This document shows positions 26,124 to 35,762 of a stretch of DNA of 39,003 nt, piece after piece (within the stretch, counting starts at the first letter, position 1; the number at the start of each line of letters is the position of its first letter). Source of the stretch: Candidatus Cloacimonadota bacterium (GTDB taxonomy: Bacteria > Cloacimonadota > Cloacimonadia > JGIOTU-2); assembly GCA_014382495.1 (NCBI GenBank), contig JACNJR010000041.1, forward strand, positions 1 through 39,003, in the 5' to 3' direction. A program made the position numbers and the translations under genes. The notes below the pieces were generated by a model. That model made no database searches and had not been told where the DNA came from. It was given only the letters and a program-made list of their open reading frames with translations.

Positions 26124-28589
26124 TTATTCAGAAATGTGCACATTTACTTCAAGATAGCCGAAGATTCTTATATTATCACTTCCATAAATGGTAACCTCAT
26201 TGCCATCGGTTCCAATAATTGAAAATTCCACACCAAGATAAACATCAGGATTTAAGAATACATCGAAGTTTTGAGTAGCATTAATTTCGTCTAATGATAT
26301 TTCTATTTCACTCGTTTCATCAGCAAGAATGGATAACGAATCAATTATCAAATATGGCGAATCTTCCGATTCTGTCCAAATTTCTGTAGAATCATTTGTA
26401 AAATATAATTTTGTAATTGTACCAAAAGGAAGAGAATTTTCGGTAGTAAAAAGCAGTTTTACACTATTAAAATTTTCTTCAATAATGTCTTGCGTATCTT
26501 CATCAATTTCTATATGCTCAAGCGAATCCATTTTCATTGTATGGTTATTTATGATAAATTTAAGAGGAGTTTGTAAAGTATAACTTCCAGAAATTATATT
26601 ATCTTTTGAAATTGTTCCATTTCCATTTATTTCTGCATATGAATCTTGAATTTTTATGTGTGTGGGAAAGATATTAAGAAGTTCCGGAATTCCATCTGTG
26701 ATTATGATAGGTTCGCCTGGAATGATTGATTCTTCAATATCAATTTGCACACTGTCACCGGAATTGTTTTCGCCTGTTAGATGCAGAATCAAATCACAAT
26801 TAAATCCAATTCCATTATCAATTTCTAACTGAAGTTCGGCATTTTGAAATAAAAAAATTCCCTGCAACGTATCTGCGAATTCGCCCAAATCTATCTCTTC
26901 ATCCATATCATCAAGGTCTATTCTTTTGTCGTTTATTATTCCTGTTATCTCCTGGAAAATCAAATCACTTATGGTAATATCTGCATTGACATTATCAGTT
27001 GAAGTAATTGTAATAATATCTGCTGGCGTGTTTACGTTTACATTGTAATGCACAATCTGGTCTGGCGAAACAATTATAGAATGATTTGCAAAATTGTAAT
27101 TTACAAAATCGGTATTCGTAATTTCGACAGGATTGCCGATTTCATCTTTAATTTTATCAAATATAATTTTTATTTCAGGTTCGAAACTCAAACCAGAGAG
27201 TTCAATGTTTGCAAATCCGTTTTTAATCGTTGCTTGTTGCAAAATAATCTTTCCGCTTTCATCCTCGATTGAAAAAGAATCTTGATGTTCAAAACTCTGA
27301 TCAACATATCCAGAAACCTCTTCAAACCACATTTCACTAAGCTCGATTTTGGTATATATACTTTGTGTTTCATCAATTGTAACAAATCCGTCTGTTGAGT
27401 CGGTCGTAACAAAATACGAAAAATGCAAAGCATCTAAAATTTGCTTTTCTGCCCTTATTTCATAACCAGAAAAATCTAAATGATAATCAAGTGAATCATT
27501 TGCAGCGATTTCTAAATCTATTTGTGCAAGATTATCAAATGTATCAAATAATTCATCAAACTGAATTGTCACATTTGCACTAATTGGCAAATTATTCTTA
27601 ATCTTAATATTCCACACGCAACTATCAATTTTTGCAGAAGTTAATTGTATTTCATCATCTTCTATCGGAATTTCATCAATGTGTTGAATATGTTCAGCGG
27701 GAAGTTTCGCGCTTGCTTCAGTTACAGTCATTTCGCTAATACTGAATTTTATAACAAGCAGATCACCTTCTGATATATTTGCTGGCTCTGTGCCTGTGCC
27801 ATCTGTGGTAAGATATACTCTTAACGAATTATTCATATAAACCTTCTTCCCTGAAAGGTTTAATTCAACGGATTCAGTCGAACCTGCTTGAATGATATGG
27901 TCTATCTCGTGGTCTAATATCAAATTTTCAGGTGAAATTGGGTTTCCATAAATTTCTATTTTCATATAATGTTCTGGATCACTAGAACTTAATGGAATTT
28001 CAGTATTGTTGATAAAGTCGATATGTGCAAAGCCAGAATCTATGACAACATACTCGATGTTTTCATTTGGAAATGGTAAAAACTCGGTATCTAATGAAGG
28101 AATATTATAATAAGGCGGAATTGGTGTTCCTTGAACTTCACCCAATGATTCTGACAAATCTATCTCGGCTTGTGCTTCACCAGTTGCTTCAACAACTATT
28201 CTGTCCAATCCTTTGTCAAATTGGCTAATCAGTGAGTCAATTTTCAACTCATCACCAATTTGCACATTGAACGATTCCATTCGTTCTTCGATTTGAAGTT
28301 CATCACCAATTTGCTTATTAAACGATTCTGTCTGCCCTCCAACTTTCAGTTCATCTCCAATTCTCATTGTATCAAGTTCTCCAGAAAATGAAAACTGCAT
28401 CGTATCATTCTCAACTGCGAAAATAAAATCATCTGTCGTGTCGGCAAGTTCAGACATATAATACTTTTCGCTGATAAGTGGAAGGTTCAATTTCGTATCC
28501 CATTCTGGCGCTTGTGGCTCCTTTAGCGAACAGTTGAATAAACCAATTAGAGAAAAAACCATTGTAAAAAATAGAAAATATCTTTTCAT
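26124..28589 (-). CDS. Large acidic all-beta multidomain lipoprotein of unknown function
   Basis: Lipoprotein signal LIGLFN-C followed by SLKEPQAPEWDTKLNLPL; several internally similar beta-sandwich units (IDSGFAHIDFINNTEIPL, IDSCVWNIKIKNNLPI, IKNGFANIELSG, LEIDNGIGF, FTTENSLPF); SD GGAG. Confidence 0.75.
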   Translation of the reverse strand: MKRYFLFFTMVFSLIGLFNCSLKEPQAPEWDTKLNLPLISEKYYMSELADTTDDFIFAVENDTMQFSFSGELDTMRIGDELKVGGQTESFNKQIGDELQIEERMESFNVQIGDELKIDSLISQFDKGLDRIVVEATGEAQAEIDLSESLGEVQGTPIPPYYNIPSLDTEFLPFPNENIEYVVIDSGFAHIDFINNTEIPLSSSDPEHYMKIEIYGNPISPENLILDHEIDHIIQAGSTESVELNLSGKKVYMNNSLRVYLTTDGTGTEPANISEGDLLVIKFSISEMTVTEASAKLPAEHIQHIDEIPIEDDEIQLTSAKIDSCVWNIKIKNNLPISANVTIQFDELFDTFDNLAQIDLEIAANDSLDYHLDFSGYEIRAEKQILDALHFSYFVTTDSTDGFVTIDETQSIYTKIELSEMWFEEVSGYVDQSFEHQDSFSIEDESGKIILQQATIKNGFANIELSGLSFEPEIKIIFDKIKDEIGNPVEITNTDFVNYNFANHSIIVSPDQIVHYNVNVNTPADIITITSTDNVNADITISDLIFQEITGIINDKRIDLDDMDEEIDLGEFADTLQGIFLFQNAELQLEIDNGIGFNCDLILHLTGENNSGDSVQIDIEESIIPGEPIIITDGIPELLNIFPTHIKIQDSYAEINGNGTISKDNIISGSYTLQTPLKFIINNHTMKMDSLEHIEIDEDTQDIIEENFNSVKLLFTTENSLPFGTITKLYFTNDSTEIWTESEDSPYLIIDSLSILADETSEIEISLDEINATQNFDVFLNPDVYLGVEFSIIGTDGNEVTIYGSDNIRIFGYLEVNVHISE
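28209..28361 (-). repeat. Three imperfect 51-bp (17-aa) tandem repeats in the lipoprotein
   Basis: IGDELKVGGQTESFNKQ / IGDELQIEERMESFNVQ / IGDELKIDSLISQFDKG; Ile codons start at 28361, 28310 and 28259 on the minus strand (51-bp period). Confidence 0.85.
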
Positions 28590-28650
28590 ATATCTCCCAA
28601 AAAATTTTAGAAATTAATCAAAAAAACATAATCAAATTTCTTGAAAATTC

Positions 28651-28656
28651 TGTCAA
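28651..28656 (-). promoter_or_regulatory. Putative -35 element heading the five-gene outer-membrane operon
   Basis: Perfect TTGACA overlapping the rnhB stop codon, about 60 nt upstream of the lipoprotein start. Confidence 0.45.
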
Positions 28657-29273
28657 TATTTTTTATATTCATTTTCTGAAATTGGTGAGAAGGATTTTCT
28701 GTGAATTAGTGCAATACCATATTTTTCTAATGCGGAAATATGTTTTTTTGTTGGATAACCTTTATTATTTTTAAAATCAAATTGTGGATATTTTTTATGA
28801 TATTTCATCATTAGATTATCTCTCGAAACTTTTGCGAGAATTGATGCAGCGGCAATGCAAATAAACTTCTCGTCTCCTTTTACTATCGCCTTTCCCTCGA
28901 TATTTAATTTACAATTTCCAAATTTTGTCGGAAGAAATGGACCATCTACTAAATAATAATCTGCTAAACTTTCCAATTTTCTGATAACATTTCTCATCGC
29001 TAAAAATGTTGCTTTGAGAATATTTATTTTATCAATTTTTTTCGCTGTCACTTTCGTAATTGCATAACATTTTGCAGATTGAATAATCTCTTCGTATAAT
29101 TTTTCTCGTTTGGATTTGGACAATTTTTTTGAATCATCAATTCCGACAATACGACAATCTTTTGATAAAATTACAGCGGCAGCAACGACAGGTCCGGCGA
29201 TTGGTCCGCGACCAGCTTCGTCAACGCCAATTATTCTTCCGTAATTTTTATATGTTTGATATTCTGAAATCAT
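28653..29273 (-). CDS. rnhB: Ribonuclease HII
   Basis: GVDEAGRGPIAGPVVAAAV, DDSKKLS, LVDG, VKGD, IAAASILAKVSRD, KGYPT, HRKSF; ATGA overlap with the pdxA stop. Confidence 0.97.
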   Translation of the reverse strand: MISEYQTYKNYGRIIGVDEAGRGPIAGPVVAAAVILSKDCRIVGIDDSKKLSKSKREKLYEEIIQSAKCYAITKVTAKKIDKINILKATFLAMRNVIRKLESLADYYLVDGPFLPTKFGNCKLNIEGKAIVKGDEKFICIAAASILAKVSRDNLMMKYHKKYPQFDFKNNKGYPTKKHISALEKYGIALIHRKSFSPISENEYKKY

Positions 29274-30223
29274 CGCATCATCTTGTCGGCAAGTTTGAAT
29301 GCGGCAAGCAAACTCTTCTCAGAAGCGATATTTTTTCCTGCAATATCGAACGCAGTTCCATGATCGACCGATGTGCGAATGTATGGAAGTCCAAAAGTCA
29401 CATTTACTCCTGACCCAAAAGAAAGCATCTTGAACGGAATCAATCCTTGGTCGTGATATGGTGAAATTATCATATCATATTTCTGATATTTTTTTGTGAA
29501 AAATGTATCTGCCGAGAACGGTCCTTCGATGAAAATTCCTTCTTTCGCCAAATTTTTAATAACAGGAATAAGTATTTTCTGCTCTTCATTTCCAAATGCT
29601 CCATTTTCGCCACAATGCGGATTTACAGCAAGCAATGCTAATTTGGGACAGGAAAATTTTAGATATTTTCTCAGCGCTTTGTGAATTAATTTTATCTGAT
29701 TTTCAATCTTATCGATAGACAAATTTTTCGAAACTTCATTAAGCGCAAGATGTGTTGTAAGAAGTGCTATATTTATCTTTTTACTGAAAAAAGACATCAC
29801 AAAATTTTTCGAATTCGCTTGTTTTGCAAAAAATTCAGTATGCCCAATAAAATCAGGATATGTCAACTGAATATGAGATTTGCTTATTGGACCAGTAACA
29901 ATTGCATTTAATTCACCATTTAATGCATCTTTACCTGCAATTTTGATTGTTTCAAAAGCAGCAATACCGCTCATTTTTGAAGGATTTCCAAACTCGAATT
30001 TTTCTTCAGGATGGATTTGAATCCAGAATTTATTTCTGTCGGGAAATTTGTTGATTTCTGAAATTTTAGATATTTCGATTAGTGAATTTGTTTTTGAAGT
30101 TGGTGGAAAATTTCCATAAATAACGATGATATTTTTTTCGGATAATTTCTCAATTGCTTTAAGAATTATTTCTGGTCCAATACCTGTCGGTTCGCCAATT
30201 GTCAATCCGATTTTTTTCTTCAC
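29270..30223 (-). CDS. pdxA: 4-hydroxythreonine-4-phosphate dehydrogenase (PdxA family)
   Basis: GEPTGIGPEI, GHTE, TTHL, NPHCGE, GPFSADT, YHDQGLIPFK, GLPYIRTSVDHGTAFDIAG; GTG start with SD AAGGA. Confidence 0.94.
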   Translation of the reverse strand: MKKKIGLTIGEPTGIGPEIILKAIEKLSEKNIIVIYGNFPPTSKTNSLIEISKISEINKFPDRNKFWIQIHPEEKFEFGNPSKMSGIAAFETIKIAGKDALNGELNAIVTGPISKSHIQLTYPDFIGHTEFFAKQANSKNFVMSFFSKKINIALLTTHLALNEVSKNLSIDKIENQIKLIHKALRKYLKFSCPKLALLAVNPHCGENGAFGNEEQKILIPVIKNLAKEGIFIEGPFSADTFFTKKYQKYDMIISPYHDQGLIPFKMLSFGSGVNVTFGLPYIRTSVDHGTAFDIAGKNIASEKSLLAAFKLADKMMR

Positions 30224-30284
30224 AATTTCCTTTGTAGATTTGAAATTACTTTTGTGAAATTCGTGGATTTGTAGTTGAAAATTA

Positions 30285-30360
30285 TGGTGCCGGGACGCGG
30301 AATCGAACCACGGACACAGGGCTTTTCAGGCCCCTGCTCTACCGTCTGAGCTATCCCGGC
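30285..30360 (-). tRNA. tRNA-Phe (anticodon GAA)
   Basis: Minus strand GCCGGGATAGCTCAGACGGTAGAGCAGGGGCCTGAAAAGCCCTGTGTCCGTGGTTCGATTCCGCGTCCCGGCACCA; complete cloverleaf with encoded CCA. Confidence 0.97.
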
Positions 30361-30398
30361 AATTAATAATTTCAAAATTTCTCCACTTTTTTTTAGAT

Positions 30399-32513
30399 TT
30401 AATTTTTGCTGTCAAGTTTTTGAAATTCTGGGTTCTCATTCTGAATAAAAAAAACTTTTACATTCTTCTCTTTTTTAAAATTTTCAAGCCATTCCGTGAA
30501 TTTCTTTTTGTAATAATCTCTACAAAATTTGTCCTTGTCAAATCGAAATTGCTCGTAATCAATCTCCTTTTTATCTTCAACAAAATAAAATCCAAAACCG
30601 TCTACACACAATCTAATTGGCTGACTGAAGCTAAATTTAGAATGTGAAAATGCGTCGTTCAAAACAATTTCATCATTCTCAAAATCTTCGACTTCATCGG
30701 AACATAAAAGCCAATCCGTCTCAGTGAATCCACCAAAAATTGGCAAAAGTGATTTATTCCCATTTTTCAAATTTTCAATGATAAATCTGGTAAATTTTTT
30801 ACACTGTTCGTATTTTATTATTTTCGCAAATTTTTCTCTTGCTAAGTTAAATGCTTGATATCCCGAGATTTTTTCGCTCGGAATTTTCTCTTTCAGAAAT
30901 AAAATCAGATAGCCATTTTTTCTATAACTAATTTTCGGAAATTTTTCTCCTATTTGAGAATTTTCAATTATCTCAAAATCGATTTTGTGAAGCCAAAATA
31001 GCGAATCAATTAGAACAGAATCGGAATCAAGCAAAATATAATCAGTTTCTCGGAGCGAATCTAAATATTCCACAAAAATAGAATCTTGCGTGGAATTTAC
31101 TGAATTGAAAAGTTTCGAAACATTTTGAGAATCAGCAATATTTGGAAAAAATAAATATTGTAATTTGAATTTTTCTTTTGTAAAATATGTGTCCTTTTGA
31201 CTTTGATAATACTCTTGAAAACGACTTTCCCAATTTTCATCCCACTTTTTTCTAACCTTTTTTTCAATCAAATTTTTTAGATTTTTTTTCTGCGAATTTG
31301 GAATTTTTTCTTTTTTATTTATTCTGCCAATAATAATATTTCCAGCTCTTTTTTTGATAAAAATCGAATCTTTCGAAGTTGTAAAAATTGTATCAGATAT
31401 CATCTTGAAAAAATTTTCATAATAAGGAATTTTTTCGATTAATTCAATATTTTCTGCAATTTTCGTATTGGGAATTGAGTCACCAAAATCGTTATTTTGA
31501 ACTTTTTGAATAATTTCCCCAATTAAAGAATCTGTAAGAATTTTTTGCTCATTTTCATAAAGAGTTTCATAAATTTCGCCTTGAACTTTTTCGATTAGCA
31601 AAGTATCTCGAACCGTCACAAATTCCTCAATATTTTTTTTATAATAGCTCTCAATTGAGTCCTGTTCAATGTTTATATCAAATGTAAAATTTTTTTTATT
31701 GAACGAAAAGTAGCTTAAATTCACTTTGCAAATTTCGTGATTTTCTATATTTTCTTTGTAATAATCATTCGCAAAATTTTGGAAAAACAAATCTTTGCCA
31801 TTTAGAATATATTCCTTCCAAATTTTCATAGAATCTTTTTGAGAATTCCTTGTGAGAAACCAAAAAATATTTTTGGAAGCTAGAATTTTTCTCTTATTTT
31901 CTTGATAAAATTTCTGAAAATATGATGGAGTAGAAGGAAATAAACTCGGCATAAGTGAATCTGGGAAAATGATATATTTCAGTTTTATCTCGGAATTTCG
32001 CTTGAAATATTCCTCAAAAAGTTCTCTCTCCGAAAGCTGAAATTTTTCTTCGATGATTTTCGTTATCTTATTTTTTAAAACATCATTTCTAATTTGCTCG
32101 ATAATTTGTCTGAATTTTTGAGGATATTTATTTTTGAAATTTTGAAATTTTTGAGTGTCAAATAAACCATTTGTCAAAAACATTTTATTATTTGAATAAA
32201 TTTCTTTGAAAGTTGTAATCAATTCCTGATTCGAAATATAAATACTATTTTCCTTCGCGTAAATTTTGAATAATTCTTCTTTGATTAATTGTTTGATAGC
32301 GAGTTTTTTCAAATCATTTGCATAGGTTTCTTCGGAAATTTCAGGATATTTAGAACTGTTTTTCTTCCAATTTTTCCACAAAATTTGATATCTATTTTGC
32401 ATTTCCAACCAAGTAATCGGTTTGCCATTGACTTCCGCTACAATGTCAGCAAAGGAAATTTTTATCGATAAAATTAAAATTATGAAAATTAAAAACGATG
32501 TAATTTTTTTCAT
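30399..32513 (-). CDS. SurA/PpiD-like periplasmic chaperone (SurA N-terminal domain; PPIase domains degenerate)
   Basis: Signal peptide; IVAEVNGKPIT..E, AIKQLIKEEL...YAKE..I.IS..EL, FLTNGLFD..KF, YY..N.EEF, FSQPI....GF, C-terminal F.EWLENFKKEKNVKV. Confidence 0.65.
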   Translation of the reverse strand: MKKITSFLIFIILILSIKISFADIVAEVNGKPITWLEMQNRYQILWKNWKKNSSKYPEISEETYANDLKKLAIKQLIKEELFKIYAKENSIYISNQELITTFKEIYSNNKMFLTNGLFDTQKFQNFKNKYPQKFRQIIEQIRNDVLKNKITKIIEEKFQLSERELFEEYFKRNSEIKLKYIIFPDSLMPSLFPSTPSYFQKFYQENKRKILASKNIFWFLTRNSQKDSMKIWKEYILNGKDLFFQNFANDYYKENIENHEICKVNLSYFSFNKKNFTFDINIEQDSIESYYKKNIEEFVTVRDTLLIEKVQGEIYETLYENEQKILTDSLIGEIIQKVQNNDFGDSIPNTKIAENIELIEKIPYYENFFKMISDTIFTTSKDSIFIKKRAGNIIIGRINKKEKIPNSQKKNLKNLIEKKVRKKWDENWESRFQEYYQSQKDTYFTKEKFKLQYLFFPNIADSQNVSKLFNSVNSTQDSIFVEYLDSLRETDYILLDSDSVLIDSLFWLHKIDFEIIENSQIGEKFPKISYRKNGYLILFLKEKIPSEKISGYQAFNLAREKFAKIIKYEQCKKFTRFIIENLKNGNKSLLPIFGGFTETDWLLCSDEVEDFENDEIVLNDAFSHSKFSFSQPIRLCVDGFGFYFVEDKKEIDYEQFRFDKDKFCRDYYKKKFTEWLENFKKEKNVKVFFIQNENPEFQKLDSKN

Positions 32514-33137
32514 CTATAAAACAAATGGATTGTTGCGTTTTTCGTGAGTAATTGTTGTAGTTTCGCCGTGTCCGGGATAAATTTTTGTCGAATCTGGAAG
32601 TATAAAAAGTCGGTTTTTTATGCTGCGAATTAATTTCTCTGGTTCTGCTCCTGCTAAATCGGTTCGTCCAACTCCTTCAAAAAAAAGTGTGTCTCCACTT
32701 ATTAAAAATCCATCGCCTAAAAGACATATACTCCCTTTGGAATGACCTGGCGTGTGTATCACTTTTAATTTTTCTGAACCGAATTTTATTTCATCACCAT
32801 CTTTCAATTCAATATCTGCTGATGGCGAGACAATATTATATCCACTTAATCTGCTAAAATTTAAACCTGAATTTGATAACATAGGATTGTCCAAAGAGTG
32901 AATGCAAATTTTCGCTTTTGTGAGATTTTTCAGTTCAGCATTTGCGCCGATATGGTCGCCGTGACCGTGAGTATTTACGATGAATTTAATTTCAAAATCA
33001 AACTGTTTGGATTTTTGAAAAATTGTTTTTGCTTTATCTGCTGGATCGACAACAATTCCCTTTTTTGTCTTTTCATCCCAAATAAGATATGTATTTGTGA
33101 AAAAAATGTCGAGCAGATTTAGCTTTTTTATTTTCAT
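32514..33137 (-). CDS. MBL-fold metallo-hydrolase (glyoxalase II/YcbL-like)
   Basis: THGHGDH, HTPGHSKGS, SGDTLF, GRTDL, YPGHG, E...NPF. Confidence 0.93.
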   Translation of the reverse strand: MKIKKLNLLDIFFTNTYLIWDEKTKKGIVVDPADKAKTIFQKSKQFDFEIKFIVNTHGHGDHIGANAELKNLTKAKICIHSLDNPMLSNSGLNFSRLSGYNIVSPSADIELKDGDEIKFGSEKLKVIHTPGHSKGSICLLGDGFLISGDTLFFEGVGRTDLAGAEPEKLIRSIKNRLFILPDSTKIYPGHGETTTITHEKRNNPFVL

Positions 33138-33149
33138 TTTTGAAATTTA

Positions 33150-34013
33150 TTAATTTGATAAAAACTTTTTCAAAGGTGATACTGATTTTTTCTCCATTCT
33201 CCATTTTGTTTTTAAATTTTCGAGATAATTTTCTTTCAGCAACATCATTCCCAATCTATTATCTACTCTTGTTTTTCCGTGAAAATCGGAACCGCCTGTG
33301 ATGACTAAATCATATCTTTTTGCGAGTTCAAGATATACATCTTTTTGATAAAATGTGTGAAGTGGATAGAAAATTTCCAGTCCATCTAATCCCAATTTTA
33401 CAAGTTCGGGAATGACAAAATCGTTTTTGATAATTCCAGGATGAGCAAGCACCGAAAGACCGCCAGCTTGCCTAATAATTCTGAAAACATCACTTGGCGA
33501 ATAGGTTGATTTTCTGATATGTGCTGGACAATTATTTCCGATATAATTATAAAATGCGTCGGTATATTTTTTAATCTGAGCATTTTTTAGCATTACGCTT
33601 GCGAAGTGCGCTCGGCTAATAACATTTTTGTTTTTTGATTCCTCGTATAACTGCTTCATACTAATATCGATGCCCAATTCATTCAATTTCTCAACCATTT
33701 TTATAGCGCGTTCAGTCCTTCCTTTTTGGAGAAATTTCAACATATTTTTTAGCTCTTTATTTTTGGGATTAATAAAATATGCTAAAATATGAATATCATA
33801 ATCTCGATAATAGCAACTAATTTCTGTGCCAGGGATTAATTCGATTTTATATTTTTTTGCCAATTTTTTTGCGGAAAGATATCCATCGACACAATCGTGG
33901 TCAGTAATTGAGATAGTAGAAAATTCAATTTCTTTGGCGGTTTGAAGAATTTGCTTTGGCGTATATGAGCCATCAGAAAATGTGGTGTGAATGTGCAAAT
34001 CAATTTTTTTCAT
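33150..34013 (-). CDS. PHP-domain phosphoesterase (YciV/TrpH-like)
   Basis: DLHIHTTFSDG, ITDHD, GTEIS, HILAY, RAHFA, LAHP, GGSDFHG. Confidence 0.92.
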   Translation of the reverse strand: MKKIDLHIHTTFSDGSYTPKQILQTAKEIEFSTISITDHDCVDGYLSAKKLAKKYKIELIPGTEISCYYRDYDIHILAYFINPKNKELKNMLKFLQKGRTERAIKMVEKLNELGIDISMKQLYEESKNKNVISRAHFASVMLKNAQIKKYTDAFYNYIGNNCPAHIRKSTYSPSDVFRIIRQAGGLSVLAHPGIIKNDFVIPELVKLGLDGLEIFYPLHTFYQKDVYLELAKRYDLVITGGSDFHGKTRVDNRLGMMLLKENYLENLKTKWRMEKKSVSPLKKFLSN

Positions 34014-34045
34014 AAGTTATAATCTCGTCAATTTTCCAAATATTC

Positions 34046-35758
34046 TTATGTTATTTGCCTAAGTGCTTGTGCAATATTTAGTGAATTATCACCGATGTGT
34101 TCGTAATATCTCAAAAAATCTATGTAAAGCAATTCAGTTTGAACATTTGCACCTTTTTGCAGACGCTTTCTGGCACCTTTTTTGTATTTTGCTCTGCATT
34201 TATCAATCTCTTTTTCTGATTCAATCGCATACTTGAAATCCTTCTTGTGCAGATGTTCGCCCAAATGTTCTTGGTAAAATTTTATACAGTCAACAATTAA
34301 TTTTGAGAAGTTTTGAATTTCAGATAATGCAGTTTTATGTAAAATTATTTTCTTATTATATTTTCTCTGAGCAAGTAATATAAGGCGATAAATGCTATCG
34401 CCTACACTTTCTAATTCGTGAACTATGCGCATCATTGCATTCAAATTATTTATCTCTGTGTCACTTAATTCTTCCTTTGAGCATTCTGCAAGATATTTGG
34501 AAATTTCTATCTGCATTTGGTCCGTTAATTCTTCCAAATCTTTCACCTCTCTTATTTTGTTATCCATTTTTTTATCTGGATTTGAAAATACTTTTAGGAA
34601 GATATTGAACATTTTTTCTGTAACTTCCGCCATCTTAGTAACTTCTCTTTTTGCTTCGAGAATATTTATTTGAGTCGTATCTTGTAATCCTGTCGAAATG
34701 TATTTTAGTTTATATTCTTTTTTTGAGATATCTCCCTTTTTGGGCTTAACTAATTTTTCTACAGCTTTCGCAAAATATTTTACGAAACCGATACAAACAG
34801 CTGTATTAATTAGATTGAAAACTGTATGAAAAAGTGAGAGATTCAGTGGGAAATTTATACTTTTTGTCGGATTCCAACCCAAGAGAGCTAATTTGTAAAT
34901 AATTCCATTTTCTGCAGTAAATAGTTTGAATAGAAATCCCATCCAGATAACGCCAAAAATATTGAATAAAAAATGTGCTCGTGCTGTTCGGCGTGCATTT
35001 ACATTTGCTCCCAAAGAAGCCAAATATGCCGTGACAGTTGTTCCAATATTTTCTCCAAGTACCATTGCAGCAGCGTTTTCAAAATTTATCCAACCAAAAA
35101 ATGCCATCGTTATTGTTATCGCCATAGAGGCACTTGATGATTGTATCACAATTGTCAGAATTGTTCCAACTGCAATAAATAGAAAAAAGGACAATGGATA
35201 TGTCAAATCATTGTAATTTTGGATAAATGATAGAACTGCTGGATTATTTGTGTCGATGTGTGGAACCGAACTTTTTAGAAACATCAGACCCAAAAAGAGA
35301 AGTCCAAAACCGATAAGAATTTCGCCGAAATCGCGTCGTTTCTTTACTTTTGAAAACAGAAAAGGTAGACCAAACCCAACGACGGGAAGTGCAATTGCAG
35401 TAATTTTGAATTTGAAACCAATTACAGAAATTATCCAAGCCGTTATTGTTGTGCCGATATTTGCACCCATTATCACACCAATTGCTTGAGTAAGATTCAG
35501 CAAAGATGCGTTGACAAAACTCACCAACATTACTGTTGTTGCAGACGAAGATTGGATAAAAGAAGTTACCAAAAAACCGGTAAAAACTGCGGCGAAGCGA
35601 TTGCTTGTCATATAGTTTAGAATGTTTTGCAATTTGTTGCCAGCTGCTTTTTGAAGTCCATCGCTCATTACTCGCATTCCATAAAGAAATAGACCGAGCG
35701 AACCTAATATCCTAAAAATTATCGGAAGTGCGTTCCAAAAATTAATGATAAAATTCAC
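34046..35758 (-). CDS. Na+/phosphate cotransporter (NptA/YjbB family) with PhoU-like C-terminal domains
   Basis: Two QSSS repeats with GANIGTT and GENIGTT; C-terminal helical repeats with ELESVGD and EHIGD. Confidence 0.94.
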   Translation of the reverse strand: MNFIINFWNALPIIFRILGSLGLFLYGMRVMSDGLQKAAGNKLQNILNYMTSNRFAAVFTGFLVTSFIQSSSATTVMLVSFVNASLLNLTQAIGVIMGANIGTTITAWIISVIGFKFKITAIALPVVGFGLPFLFSKVKKRRDFGEILIGFGLLFLGLMFLKSSVPHIDTNNPAVLSFIQNYNDLTYPLSFFLFIAVGTILTIVIQSSSASMAITITMAFFGWINFENAAAMVLGENIGTTVTAYLASLGANVNARRTARAHFLFNIFGVIWMGFLFKLFTAENGIIYKLALLGWNPTKSINFPLNLSLFHTVFNLINTAVCIGFVKYFAKAVEKLVKPKKGDISKKEYKLKYISTGLQDTTQINILEAKREVTKMAEVTEKMFNIFLKVFSNPDKKMDNKIREVKDLEELTDQMQIEISKYLAECSKEELSDTEINNLNAMMRIVHELESVGDSIYRLILLAQRKYNKKIILHKTALSEIQNFSKLIVDCIKFYQEHLGEHLHKKDFKYAIESEKEIDKCRAKYKKGARKRLQKGANVQTELLYIDFLRYYEHIGDNSLNIAQALRQIT

Positions 35759-35762
35759 AATT

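Noticed and set aside
11158-30360. OM operon as a genomic island integrated at tRNA-Phe
   Set aside because: pdxA and rnhB lie between the tRNA and the operon, no integrase or att repeat was seen, and composition resembles the flanks.
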